From the IMG/VR virus record IMGVR_UViG_3300044796_000662, positions 124,001-188,000 of that record: a DNA stretch of 64,000 nt; one strand, 5' to 3'. Each line of letters begins with the position of its first letter. The stretch's first letter is position 1. Positions 10,129 through 19,846 of the stretch are shown here, one piece after another. The position numbers and the translations under genes are program-made. The notes below the pieces were generated by a model, which had not been told where the DNA came from, did not search any database, and saw only the letters and a list, made by a program, of their open reading frames with translations.

Positions 10129-12260
10129 TCAGGCACGTAGTTCAGCGAGGTGTCTTTCGGGCCGATGCGAATGAGTGCGTGCTCTGTACCTGGCCCATAG
10201 ATAACTTGAATGGTCAGGACGTAGGTCCCAGCCGTAAATCCACGTGCGGACAGGAGAACTTGCGTCTGGGTCACTGTCTGCACCCCGGTGACCGTGACCG
10301 GCGTCGGCCCCGTAATCACGTAGATGGCCGGATCGAGCAGCCCGGCGTCGATTGTGAGCCCCTTCGAGAAGGTCACGAGCACGGCCCCCTCGTTCGGGAG
10401 GTAGGTGGCCGATTGGAGCAGCGGACCCACGGCGTTCGCTACCCAGTTGGTCGTCTGGCTGTACGGAGCCCCATCCGCCTGGATCAGCCCTGAGATCTGG
10501 AGCTGGTAGAGGTCGTTGTTCGTCGGCTCGGCGATCGTGAGGAGGATGATGTTCACCGGGGTGAGGTGCTGCCAGGTGATGCTCCCGTTATCGGGGTCCG
10601 CCACGATGAGTGGTGTGTCCAGCTCTACAACCCCAGGACTTGGGAGTCCGACCACCAAAGCGATCGTGTTCTGCCAAGAGGTGGAGATGAGGATGTAGTT
10701 CCAAAGCTCGACCGGCTCGGAACCCACAGCGAAGAGGTACGACACTTCCCCGGATCCGAGGATCGCACCGTTGTGAAAGGTGCCGAGAAGCGTCTGGACG
10801 GGTGTGGCGCTCAAGACCATCGTCGGGACGCCACCGCCAGAGAGCTGGTAGTGCACCGGATCGGACACTCTATCGAGGCGCACACCCTCCCTGAACTGGA
10901 CAAGGAGTTGCTGGTCCTGCGAGATGACTCCAGAAACGGAGACCTCTACCTCGTCGATGAGGGCGATCTCTTCATTGACGGACACGCTCGTGGCCGAGGT
11001 TCCGATGGTTACGGCATCGGAGACGTTCAACACCTCGGGCGCGAAGTGGATGTTGTCGGAGTTGCCCGCGCGTGCCGCATCCGACAACGTTACGGTGTCC
11101 GCAACGGCTCGCCGGGTGCCCGCAGAAAAAACGCCGTTCTCCGAAAGAAACACCGTCTCCGAGAGGTTGTTCGTGAAGTTGTTGTTGAAGGACAGGGCGT
11201 CCGAAACAGACACGGTATCGGACAGTGCGACCAGATGCCCGTATCTGGGGCTCGCCGAATCGGAAACACCCACCGTGTCTGATAGGGACGCTTGGGTTGC
11301 GTGGTGGGTGCTGACGGCATCTGACAAGGAAGCCGTGTCCGCGAGCGCTTGGTGAAACGCAACAGTGAAGGCCAGAGCATCGGACGCAGAGACGGTATCC
11401 GAGAGGGTGATACCACCGCCACCTCCGGCGTGCAGGGTGATGGAGATCTGGTCCGTGACCGCTACAGTCTCCGAGACAAACGGTCGTGCGCGGTACGCAC
11501 GCGTGAGCGAATCCGAGACCGACACGCTGTCCGTGACAGTGTTGAAGTACGCGTGGTACTCCGAGACCGAGTCGCTCGCTGTGACAGTGTCGGAAACGGC
11601 AACCGAGGTTCTGTGCAAAAGGGACGTGGAGTCCGAGACAGAGACGCTATCCGAGACCGTTGGATGTGTGTGGTGCTGAAGACCTACTGCATCTGTGACC
11701 GTCACCGTTTCCGAGACCGGCGCGTGCCCCACCTGATGCAAGGTGGTGATCGAGTCCGAGACGCTGACCGTGTCAGAGCCCGTGACGTACGCCGAGTAGA
11801 GGATGAAGAGCGAGTCCGAGACCGACACACTGTCCGACACACCCACGACGTTCGAGGAGGTCGTCGTGAACGTCGAATTGAAGGTCTGCGAGTTGCCGGC
11901 CAAGTCCGTGACAGAGATGGCCACCGCATTCGAGCCGCTCGCCCAATTCGGGTGCGTGTCGATCGTGACCGTGCAGGTCGTATCGCTGAAGATGATCGAG
12001 CTTCCGTACGTGGGCAGAAAGTCCCCGCCAGCGATGATCGGGTTGCCCCCTATGTTCACGGACAGCGACCACGGGTCCAAGTGCGACGGAGAGCTAACCT
12101 GGAACGACACCGTGGCCGAGTCGGAAACTCCCGTGGCACCGTTGGCTGGACTCAGGTTGGCGATCGAAGGTGTGGTCGCATCGAACGCACGGCTAGCGTA
12201 CGGCGCAGTGCCGTAAGTATCGAGCCCGTACGTTCCTCCCCAGACGACCGTGTTGGGCAT
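10125..12260 (-). CDS. Ig-like domains flanking a 15x 20-aa Ser/Thr/Asp/His repeat stalk; putative fibre
   Basis: SPANGATGV Ig-like start; repeats of (V/L)S(D/E)TVSVSD + 10 aa; two C-terminal SbsA-like Ig domains; ATGA overlap with downstream gene. Confidence 0.7.
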   Translation of the reverse strand: MPNTVVWGGTYGLDTYGTAPYASRAFDATTPSIANLSPANGATGVSDSATVSFQVSSPSHLDPWSLSVNIGGNPIIAGGDFLPTYGSSIIFSDTTCTVTIDTHPNWASGSNAVAISVTDLAGNSQTFNSTFTTTSSNVVGVSDSVSVSDSLFILYSAYVTGSDTVSVSDSITTLHQVGHAPVSETVTVTDAVGLQHHTHPTVSDSVSVSDSTSLLHRTSVAVSDTVTASDSVSEYHAYFNTVTDSVSVSDSLTRAYRARPFVSETVAVTDQISITLHAGGGGGITLSDTVSASDALAFTVAFHQALADTASLSDAVSTHHATQASLSDTVGVSDSASPRYGHLVALSDTVSVSDALSFNNNFTNNLSETVFLSENGVFSAGTRRAVADTVTLSDAARAGNSDNIHFAPEVLNVSDAVTIGTSATSVSVNEEIALIDEVEVSVSGVISQDQQLLVQFREGVRLDRVSDPVHYQLSGGGVPTMVLSATPVQTLLGTFHNGAILGSGEVSYLFAVGSEPVELWNYILISTSWQNTIALVVGLPSPGVVELDTPLIVADPDNGSITWQHLTPVNIILLTIAEPTNNDLYQLQISGLIQADGAPYSQTTNWVANAVGPLLQSATYLPNEGAVLVTFSKGLTIDAGLLDPAIYVITGPTPVTVTGVQTVTQTQVLLSARGFTAGTYVLTIQVIYGPGTEHALIRIGPKDTSLNYVPE
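10925..11840 (-). repeat. About 15 tandem ~60-nt (20-aa) degenerate coding repeats
   Basis: Read directly from the translation: VSDSVSVSDS, GSDTVSVSDS, VSETVTVTDA, VSDSVSVSDS, VSDTVTASDS, VTDSVSVSDS and so on. Confidence 0.9.
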
Positions 12261-12263
12261 TCG

Positions 12264-12791
12264 TCACCAGGTCGCATCGACAACGATGTCCACGAGAGCG
12301 TGAACACCACACCTGGAGCCGGCGTACTGAGCGGCGGTTGGGTCTGGAGCGCCAGTCACGACCCAATAGACGTAGGTGGGCTGACTCACGCAGTCCGGGT
12401 CACGAGCCCGCATGAGGTAGTAAATGGTGACGCTCGAACCGCCCGTTGGGATGGGCAGCGTTCCAGCGTCCGCCTGTGTTCCGCCCGAGCCTAGCTGGCC
12501 GCCGAAGAGGGAGGTCGAGTGTCCCACACGATGCAAGCTGGAGTCTTGCTTCGCCCCCAATTCAGCGTAGTGCTGACCAGTTCCGGCATAGGTTGAAGTC
12601 GTTCCAGAGCCAGCGGGAGTGGTGGCGCTGTTCAAGCTTGTGGTCTTAGCGATGCGGCCCTGCGCATCGGGGATGCTGCCCGCCTTGTAGTAAGCGTTCC
12701 CGCGCGATCCTGTAGGGTATCCGGTCTGTCCCGCTGGCGAGTTGCCAAGATTCTGGACCATCCGAGATTGTGACTTGCCGATGTCCGCCAT
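12264..12791 (-). CDS. Hypothetical fibre-associated protein, 175 aa
   Basis: Fills the gap between fibre genes in the same frame; Gly/Ser/Thr-rich N-terminus, structured C-terminus; lower GC3. Confidence 0.65.
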   Translation of the reverse strand: MADIGKSQSRMVQNLGNSPAGQTGYPTGSRGNAYYKAGSIPDAQGRIAKTTSLNSATTPAGSGTTSTYAGTGQHYAELGAKQDSSLHRVGHSTSLFGGQLGSGGTQADAGTLPIPTGGSSVTIYYLMRARDPDCVSQPTYVYWVVTGAPDPTAAQYAGSRCGVHALVDIVVDATW

Positions 12792-12797
12792 GGCCCC

Positions 12798-15113
12798 TCA
12801 GAAAGTTGGCGTGGAAGCGCCGTCCCAAGGCCCGGCGCAGAACGTAGCGTTAGGGGAGGTGCCACTGGACAGTACAATCCATTTCAGGCTGTCCAACGTC
12901 TGATTGACTTGAAGACCCTGCGTGATCATCAGCCATCTGGGGGTCCCCTTGCGCGCTCGGGGCCAACCGGCTACACCGCCCATCCAAATCCAGACTGGCT
13001 CACGTACGTACGTAAGCGTGGGGGTAGTGGCGAGCTGGTCGGGGTACCCCCAGTTGACCTGGCACAGAGACCCCACCGCATAGTCGTACAGATACGCGGT
13101 GCTCATAGCGACCATGTAGTCACCAAACACAGGGTTCCCGTTGACACCGTAAGGGTTATTCAGACCTCGACGCCTGAAACAACGCCACACCCCGTTATAC
13201 GAGCCGTTCGTGAAGCACGTCTGGCCGAGGTTGTAGGAATCGATCGCAGAGGAGTTAACACTGAGGTTCTGAGTACGGTTGAAACCACTCAGAGTATACC
13301 CGCCGAAGGTTTGGGCGGCATACGGGTCGAGGTCCCCATCCTCTGTGTTGTCCAATCTTTGGAAACCTATGCCGACATACCCAGTCGATTGGCACGACTG
13401 GTAGTAGCCCCATGTGCCGTCTTGAGAGACGCCCTGCTGCTCGATGTTGTTCGCGCACAAAAGCTGCGCTCGACCAGGGTTGGTAGGATTGAGGTTGCTG
13501 CACCAGTACGACGCACTCGTACCGACAGAACCAGCCCCGCCTGTTCCGATGACGGCCATAGTCGCAGTCGCAAGTCCGCCGGGGCCTAGAGGGAAGCCGT
13601 TGGCAGTGGGGTTACCCGTAGAGCCCCCAGGACAGACAGTAGAAGACACCTGAGATAGAGCATTGGCCATCGTGGAGAACCGACCAGTCGATGTCGTCGT
13701 GGCGCCCTCAGTCGAAGTGCTCTGGTCGATGCACTGGTAGTAAATGTGCCCTTGGGTAGCGTTGAGGCGCCACCAGACCATCTCACGAACGTAGGCGATC
13801 GGAGGACCAGCCGTGCTCGTTACTGTGGCCGCTGAAAAGGAGCCCGTGACCGTATCGGTAGTGGAGTTGTTCCACCCGTAGAGGTTGCCCGCCCAGCCGC
13901 TCGAACCTGTACCCACGACACGCGGAGCAATGACCAAGAATCCCGTGCCGCCAGAGGAATCAGGCATGTACCCGAGAAGCTCGCCTTGAGCGCCCGTGCT
14001 CGACTGCGTGACGTTCTCACCGCGGATGAAGGTACCCGTCGAGACGTTCGTCCCGATCGGAATCTTCATGGTCGTTGGGCCTTGGAGACAAATCCACTGT
14101 CCGCCACCACCGGAACCCTGCAAGTAGCTCGGGTAGATGTGCTGTAGAGGATCGGTCTCAACCCATTGGAGATTGGGGTTGTTGCCGTCGCTGGCAACAC
14201 CACCGGGGTTGTAGAGCAGGACGTTCGAAGCGCTCACGTACCCAGCGATCAGGAACGTACCGTTGTTGCCGCCCGCCAAGCTCGAAGGGTTGAGGATGGT
14301 GATTCGGCGCCCAACGTCCGCAGCCGTGAAGCCTGCGAAGGTTGACGTGGTGAAGTTGATGAGAGTGCTCGTCCCCGAGGTTACCGTAGAGAAGGCACCA
14401 ATTGAGCCGTCGTTCCCACCGTACTGCTCTGTGATGGTCAGGCTGGTGTTACCGCTCTCCGCAACGAGCTGCGGTGCGTAAACGATGACCTGCGAGGAGG
14501 TCGCCGAGACGATACGGAAGCTGCCGTTGTTGTTACTGATCGAGCCTGTGATCGTAGCGTACCGCCCAGGCGAACCGTTGACCGTGAAGCCGGACACACC
14601 CGTGATCGTGGCCTGGCCCGTCGAACCGCTGGCCGCCCCGATGACAGCCGCACCGCTGCTCGCGCCACCACCGGACACGTTCGATAGGTGCACTGCTCCG
14701 CCAACACCCCAAAGGTCGAGCGCTGAGTTGCGCAAGAGTGCCCAGGTCAAGCCGGAGTCCGTCGATACGCCGCTGGTGTTGTAGATCGTGACCGAGGTCG
14801 CCGAGACGTACGAGGTGATGAGGAACGTGCCGTCGTTGCCGCCGTGCGAACCTCCCGAGATGGTGATGTACTGACCGACGCAACCGGGGGTCATGTTCGT
14901 CAGGCCACCCAACGTGACAGTGGGGCTTGAGAACGCGGTGACCGTACCGGCCGCCCCGCTCTGAAGGATGTTCGTGCAGCCGGAGCTTTGCCCGTTTCCC
15001 CCAGACATGTACTTCCAACCGGCCGCCAACATCGTGCGAGTGAGCTTCCAGATGGCGTGACTCGTCTCTCCGGAGTTCTGAAGAACGAGGTTGACTGTTG
15101 CTGCGTTGGCCAT
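12798..15113 (-). CDS. Tail fibre / receptor-binding protein, paralog A (771 aa)
   Basis: Shares long blocks with 15123..17192 (AIWKLxRxMLxAGWKY, LQGPTxMKIPIGTNV, RLDNxEDGDLDPY, RKGTPRWL, GPWDG..TPxF); three NNG(T/S)F-type modules. Confidence 0.7.
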   Translation of the reverse strand: MANAATVNLVLQNSGETSHAIWKLTRTMLAAGWKYMSGGNGQSSGCTNILQSGAAGTVTAFSSPTVTLGGLTNMTPGCVGQYITISGGSHGGNDGTFLITSYVSATSVTIYNTSGVSTDSGLTWALLRNSALDLWGVGGAVHLSNVSGGGASSGAAVIGAASGSTGQATITGVSGFTVNGSPGRYATITGSISNNNGSFRIVSATSSQVIVYAPQLVAESGNTSLTITEQYGGNDGSIGAFSTVTSGTSTLINFTTSTFAGFTAADVGRRITILNPSSLAGGNNGTFLIAGYVSASNVLLYNPGGVASDGNNPNLQWVETDPLQHIYPSYLQGSGGGGQWICLQGPTTMKIPIGTNVSTGTFIRGENVTQSSTGAQGELLGYMPDSSGGTGFLVIAPRVVGTGSSGWAGNLYGWNNSTTDTVTGSFSAATVTSTAGPPIAYVREMVWWRLNATQGHIYYQCIDQSTSTEGATTTSTGRFSTMANALSQVSSTVCPGGSTGNPTANGFPLGPGGLATATMAVIGTGGAGSVGTSASYWCSNLNPTNPGRAQLLCANNIEQQGVSQDGTWGYYQSCQSTGYVGIGFQRLDNTEDGDLDPYAAQTFGGYTLSGFNRTQNLSVNSSAIDSYNLGQTCFTNGSYNGVWRCFRRRGLNNPYGVNGNPVFGDYMVAMSTAYLYDYAVGSLCQVNWGYPDQLATTPTLTYVREPVWIWMGGVAGWPRARKGTPRWLMITQGLQVNQTLDSLKWIVLSSGTSPNATFCAGPWDGASTPTF

Positions 15114-15122
15114 GGTGCTCTC

Positions 15123-17192
15123 TCAGAAAGAAGGAGTCGTCACGCCGTCCCATGGCCCGACAACCATCTGTGAAATTGCGGATGCGGAGGTCAACACAAT
15201 CCACTGCAAAGAGTCGAACGTCGAGTTGACGCTTGCCCCCTGACAGAGCTGTAGCCACCTGGGGGTGCCTTTACGCATTCGACCGGACGCAAGCTGTGCA
15301 GTGTAGGGGGAGAGATAGAGCCATAGTTGGTCACGCACATAGGTCGTGGTGACTGCGGTTCCAACTTGATCTGGGTTGCCCGTGTTTGTTTGAAGCGGAA
15401 ACACAGCGGCCCCGAAGTCGTACAGCATCATCACGCTGAACCAGTTGTAGGTCTCTCCCGAAAGACCTCGACGGCGGAAACCCTTGAACCCGTGACCGCC
15501 GGTAGAGTTAGCGATCCATGTTTGGTCTGTACGGCAATTGTCCGTAGCGCTGCCAGCGCCGTTGATCGTCACCGTATCCGCTGATCTGTTAGCCGCTGCG
15601 TTCAGCGAACCTGACCAGTGCCCTTGATGGACGTACGGATCGAGATCCCCGTCCTCCTGGTTGTCCAACCTCAAGTACGAGAGCATCTGGTACCCGGTCG
15701 AGTTGCACGACTGGAGATAGAACCAGGTCCCGTCCGCCGAGACTCCTTGCTGAGGCACACAGTTGGCCGCAATGAGCTGCGCCCTTCCAGGAGATGTGGG
15801 AGACACAACCGACCAGTAGCTCCAGTAGCTACCACCGCCGCCTTGCCCTGGCTGGCCGAGAACTGCGTACGTGCCCGTCCACGAAGTCGAGAACCCGTTG
15901 GTCGTGCAGTTACCGCCCGTAGACCCGCCAGGAGCGAGGATCGAGGTGACCTGGCTCAACGTGCCCGCCATCGTCGAGAGGCGGCCCGTGCTTGCAGTCG
16001 TCGCCGACTCCGTGGACGAGTTCTGATCGATCCTCTGATGCCACATGAGCCCAGAGTTGTTGTAGTTCTTGTAGATGCAGGTCTCGGCGATATACGCGAT
16101 GGGCGTCGAGCTGGCAGGGGTTGTAATGGTGACCCCCGAGAAGGCCCCCGTGATGGTGTCCGTGTTGGCCGAGTTGTTCCAGCCGTACGTCGCGAACGGA
16201 CCGGCTTGCACACCCGTCCCCACGACTCTTGGAGCGACGACGAGGTAGCCGGTACCACCGGAGGTGTCCGTCACGATCCCAAGAAGCTCCCCCTGCGCGC
16301 CGGTCGTGCTCTGTGTGATGTTTTCACCACGGATGAAAGTGCCGCCCACGGGCACGTTCGTACCAATGGGGATCTTCATGATGGTCGGCCCCTGAAGGAC
16401 GATCCAACACCCGTTACCCGTGATGTTCTGGATGTAGCTCGGGTAGATCTGGTTCAGCGGCGAGTATTCGACCCACTGAAGGGTTGGGTTCTGCGAGTCG
16501 TTGATCGTGACTGTCGGAGTGCACTCAGGCCCAGCATGCAGAAGGATGTGGTTGTTGGCCACGTAGCCGGCAATCAGATATGTGCCGTTGTTCCCGCTAC
16601 CCGAGTTGAGGATCGTGATCATACGACCAACGTCCGTGGTCGTGAATCCAGTGAACGAGCTGGTCGTGAAGTTGATGAGGGTGCTCTGCCCTGTGGTCGT
16701 GGTGGAGTACGTCGTGATGGAGCCATCGGCTCCGCCGTACTGCTCGACCACGGCCAAACTGGAGTTGCTCGTCTCCGCCACGAGTTGAGGAGCGAACACC
16801 GTGACCGTTGTTCCAGTCTGCGCCGTGATGCGGAAGCTGCCATTGTTGCCGCTCCCCGACCCCGTGATGGTCAGGTAGTCGCCAACGGAAGCCGACGTGA
16901 AGCTACTGACTCCCGTGATGGTCGAGGCGCCCGTCGATGCGACCGCAGCCCCGATGCTCACTCCCGAGCCGCTGCCGGTACCACGGCTCGCGTTCTGGAG
17001 GTTGACGGCCCCGTCTACGCCCCACCAGTCCAGAGCCGCGTTGTTGGAGTGATCGACCGTGCCGCTGTTGCCGTTGCCGCTCGCCTTGTACTTCCACCCA
17101 GCCGAGAGCATGGCCCGGGAGAGCTTCCAAATGGCGCTGAACTGATCGACCGAGGTGTTCAGTGTGTAGTTGAGTACGTATGCGTTTGCCAT
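15123..17192 (-). CDS. Tail fibre / receptor-binding protein, paralog B (689 aa)
   Basis: Colinear paralog of 12798..15113 lacking the first NNG module; divergent C-terminal third. Confidence 0.7.
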   Translation of the reverse strand: MANAYVLNYTLNTSVDQFSAIWKLSRAMLSAGWKYKASGNGNSGTVDHSNNAALDWWGVDGAVNLQNASRGTGSGSGVSIGAAVASTGASTITGVSSFTSASVGDYLTITGSGSGNNGSFRITAQTGTTVTVFAPQLVAETSNSSLAVVEQYGGADGSITTYSTTTTGQSTLINFTTSSFTGFTTTDVGRMITILNSGSGNNGTYLIAGYVANNHILLHAGPECTPTVTINDSQNPTLQWVEYSPLNQIYPSYIQNITGNGCWIVLQGPTIMKIPIGTNVPVGGTFIRGENITQSTTGAQGELLGIVTDTSGGTGYLVVAPRVVGTGVQAGPFATYGWNNSANTDTITGAFSGVTITTPASSTPIAYIAETCIYKNYNNSGLMWHQRIDQNSSTESATTASTGRLSTMAGTLSQVTSILAPGGSTGGNCTTNGFSTSWTGTYAVLGQPGQGGGGSYWSYWSVVSPTSPGRAQLIAANCVPQQGVSADGTWFYLQSCNSTGYQMLSYLRLDNQEDGDLDPYVHQGHWSGSLNAAANRSADTVTINGAGSATDNCRTDQTWIANSTGGHGFKGFRRRGLSGETYNWFSVMMLYDFGAAVFPLQTNTGNPDQVGTAVTTTYVRDQLWLYLSPYTAQLASGRMRKGTPRWLQLCQGASVNSTFDSLQWIVLTSASAISQMVVGPWDGVTTPSF

Positions 17193-17198
17193 CTGATC

Positions 17199-18398
17199 TT
17201 ACCCCCAAGTGATGACCACGGAGGCGTAGCTGCAAGTGACTGCGTTGGAGCCGGAGACGCTGCCCATCTTGAGCTGCACCTCGTAGAGCTTCGAAGCCGA
17301 AGGAAGCGTCAGAGTCGCGGTAACAAGCGTGGGGGTCAGCGCCGAGCTGCTAAGGGGAAAGGTGGGGCTCGACGTGACGACGTTGCCATCTGTCACGTTG
17401 TAGAGCTGGATTACCGCGGCAACGCTTGCCGAAGTCGTGACCAACACTGCATTGAAGGTCGCCTGCGCGTTCGCCGGGTAGACCGTTGGGTTGATCTGAC
17501 GGTTGCCGATCCGCTGGTATGTGGTCGTCGAGTTGACCTGGACCCCGGCAACGAGGGGCAGCTCGATGGAGGTCGCCACCGTCAGGGGGTCTGTCCGGCC
17601 GACGTCGAGCACGTCCCAGTTCGTGCCGTCGAACGCAACCTCAACCGAGTAGTACGTGGTCCCGTTCGGAGGAGCGGAAAGCGACAGGATGATGGACCCG
17701 CCCACCCCGTTCAGGAGGTTGAACCCGCCGCAGCCGGCCGTGAGCCCGATCTTGTACTTGAAGCGCTTGCCCGATTGGGGTGTGGGAGAGGTGCTAGCGA
17801 TCTGCTCCTGGTACAGACCCGTGCCCGTGAGGTTCAGGTTACGCCAGGGGTAGTCGGTCCCATCGACAATGGTGACCGTGGAGGCTCCCGAGCCCGTGAA
17901 GTTGACGGTGACAGGAAGCCCTACGAACCGGCCAACCGTCGCCCGCAGGAACCGTAGCAGACCATCGACGAAGACGTTCGTGCTGGCCGCCTGAGAGCCC
18001 TCCCAGCCCGCGTTCTGCGCGGCGGAAGAACCCCCGATGTTGGTCATGTTGCCGGTCATGCCGGCGCTGGGGAGGACGTAACCGTACGTGTCGGCGATGG
18101 CGAAGAACTTGACGTCCGTCGTCACCACCGGGCCGGAATCGGTCCGGACAAGCTTGATGACGTACACGCCGTCGAGCGTCGGGGCGTTAATGTTCGCCGT
18201 CTGACTGGTCGGGTTGTTGATGGTCGGAGCCGAGGACAGGGGCCCGGGCCAACCAACGATGGACCACGACCAAGACGTAGCGCCAGCGCCCGCCGCATCG
18301 GTGAAGTTCACCTGCGTGCCAGTCACGTAGCCGAGCGCCGACTGACCTGCGGTGGTCGTCGTGAGGCCCTGTGAGAACTGGATCTGGGCGCTGGGCAT
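17199..18398 (-). CDS. Virion protein with N-terminal PKD/Ig-like domain
   Basis: VNFTDAAGAGATSWSWSIVG...PTSQTANI....DGVYVIKL resembles PKD/Ig-like domains. Confidence 0.55.
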   Translation of the reverse strand: MPSAQIQFSQGLTTTTAGQSALGYVTGTQVNFTDAAGAGATSWSWSIVGWPGPLSSAPTINNPTSQTANINAPTLDGVYVIKLVRTDSGPVVTTDVKFFAIADTYGYVLPSAGMTGNMTNIGGSSAAQNAGWEGSQAASTNVFVDGLLRFLRATVGRFVGLPVTVNFTGSGASTVTIVDGTDYPWRNLNLTGTGLYQEQIASTSPTPQSGKRFKYKIGLTAGCGGFNLLNGVGGSIILSLSAPPNGTTYYSVEVAFDGTNWDVLDVGRTDPLTVATSIELPLVAGVQVNSTTTYQRIGNRQINPTVYPANAQATFNAVLVTTSASVAAVIQLYNVTDGNVVTSSPTFPLSSSALTPTLVTATLTLPSASKLYEVQLKMGSVSGSNAVTCSYASVVITWG

Positions 18399-18411
18399 CT
18401 CGCCCCCTTAC

Positions 18412-18936
18412 TTATCCCAGAGTTATGGTGAACGTCAGCGTCAGGGTGTCGCTCGTGAACAGCGTTCGGGCTGAACCGAAGAGGATCTCGTGGTTCATGA
18501 CACCGGAGGGGTAGCCCGCCGTGAAGAGAGCCGTCTTCGCAACCGACTGCGAGGTACCGCCCGTGTACGTGAACGTGTTGGAGATGGTGGTCTGGTTGCC
18601 GGAGCCGCTCGCCAGAGTGACCGAGCCCTGGATGCGACCGAGGCCGCTGCCCGTCAGCTCGCTCGCAAGGCTGGTGTCGCCTGCGTTGGGGCTGCCCGTG
18701 TCGGCCGTGAGGGCGATGTAGTTGAAGCCGTTGGTCAGAAGGCCCGAAGTGCCGTAGCACTGCGAGTGCATCTGGACACGCCCGGCGTTCAGGATGAGGT
18801 TCCCGGCCACCTCGTCCTCGCCAACTTGCTTGAAGAGCCAGATGCCCTTGGCCTCATCGTAGGCGTAAGGCCGCTCCTGGTGGATGAGCACCTTTGCTCG
18901 TGGCAGCGCTACAGAATCCTGGATGAGCATGCACAT
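18412..18936 (-). CDS. Second tail-collar fibre base protein (DUF3751-like)
   Basis: NLILNAGR...YIALTAD..SPNAGDTSLASEL...ISNTF...TALF...DTLTLTFTIT; AGGAG RBS adjacent to ATG. Confidence 0.6.
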   Translation of the reverse strand: MCMLIQDSVALPRAKVLIHQERPYAYDEAKGIWLFKQVGEDEVAGNLILNAGRVQMHSQCYGTSGLLTNGFNYIALTADTGSPNAGDTSLASELTGSGLGRIQGSVTLASGSGNQTTISNTFTYTGGTSQSVAKTALFTAGYPSGVMNHEILFGSARTLFTSDTLTLTFTITLG

Positions 18937-18952
18937 CTCCTAGCGAGGATGA

Positions 18953-18963
18953 CCCATAAAAGG
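18953..18963 (-). promoter_or_regulatory. Candidate promoter variant CCTTTTATGGG
   Basis: Intergenic, 19 nt upstream of ATG at 18936; TTTATGGG also at 26034-26041. Confidence 0.35.
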
Positions 18964-18967
18964 ACGC

Positions 18968-19843
18968 TCAGAAGTCGTCTGAGTGGTCCTCATCGACGAC
19001 GGCCTTGTTCGTCTTCTTGCCGAGCCGGTCCCGGTTCCGGATGCCGCCCCAGTACGAGCGGAAGTCGTCGTAGTAGTAGGCGCTCAGCGACGCCCGCATG
19101 GCATCCAGGACGATCTTGGCCGTGTCGTTCGGGATGTACGTGTCCTGGAAGATGTACCGGATCGTGTAGAGCGTGTGCGCTGGGCGCAGAATGTCGATGA
19201 TCTGCCGCAGGGAGGAGTCCGAGTTGAACAGGTCGGGCGGGAACCCTCCCCCGGACGGGGTCAGGATCTCGATGTTGAACCCGAACTCGTCGGAGATGTC
19301 GAGCCCGGCCGCACCCTCGCGCAGGAGCAGGAAGTTCTCCGTGACCGTGATCTGACCCGAGAGAAACAGAGCCGCCGCATCGGCCATCGACTTGGGGATC
19401 GACCCCTGGAAGTAGATGCTGATGATGCTCAGGAGAAAGGACCGGAACGAGGCGTCTGTCCACTGCGTCGGAGGGATCTTGCCGTTCAAGACCATCAGGT
19501 AGCCGATGATCGAGTACAGGAAGTCCGAGCGCGTCGAGGACTGGATCGGGTTGTACGTCCCGTTCGAGACCTGCCAGGATGTCGTCGGCGTAGGGGCCAC
19601 GAACGAGTAGTCACCGGCCACGTCTTCGAGCGCCAGCTCCAGCTTTGCCAGCTCTACGGAGACCGCCTTCAACTCTTGGGTGTAGTTCGGACCCTCGATG
19701 GTCGAGAGGTAGTTGCTCGGCAGGAGGTTCATCACGGTCGTGAAGATGGCCTGCGACCGATAGAGCAGCCGGAGGTTGTACTCCTTGCCCGTTTGCGAGA
19801 CGGTGTTGTTCAGCCGGTTGGGGTCAAATGCGAACCTGGGCAT
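18968..19843 (-). CDS. Baseplate wedge protein (P2 gpI / T4 gp7-like)
   Basis: LLPSNY N-terminal motif, IIDILRPAHTLY C-terminal motif; immediately downstream of the baseplate J gene. Confidence 0.75.
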   Translation of the reverse strand: MPRFAFDPNRLNNTVSQTGKEYNLRLLYRSQAIFTTVMNLLPSNYLSTIEGPNYTQELKAVSVELAKLELALEDVAGDYSFVAPTPTTSWQVSNGTYNPIQSSTRSDFLYSIIGYLMVLNGKIPPTQWTDASFRSFLLSIISIYFQGSIPKSMADAAALFLSGQITVTENFLLLREGAAGLDISDEFGFNIEILTPSGGGFPPDLFNSDSSLRQIIDILRPAHTLYTIRYIFQDTYIPNDTAKIVLDAMRASLSAYYYDDFRSYWGGIRNRDRLGKKTNKAVVDEDHSDDF

Positions 19844-19846
19844 GGA

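Noticed and set aside
10925-11840. CRISPR array or tRNA/rRNA genes
   Set aside because: The only periodic DNA is degenerate in-frame coding repeat; no identical repeats with unique spacers and no cloverleaf or rRNA-like segment seen anywhere in the window
12798-17192. Diversity-generating retroelement acting on the two fibre paralogs
   Set aside because: Differences between the C-terminal ends are not adenine-specific, there is no non-coding template repeat, and no reverse transcriptase is in the window
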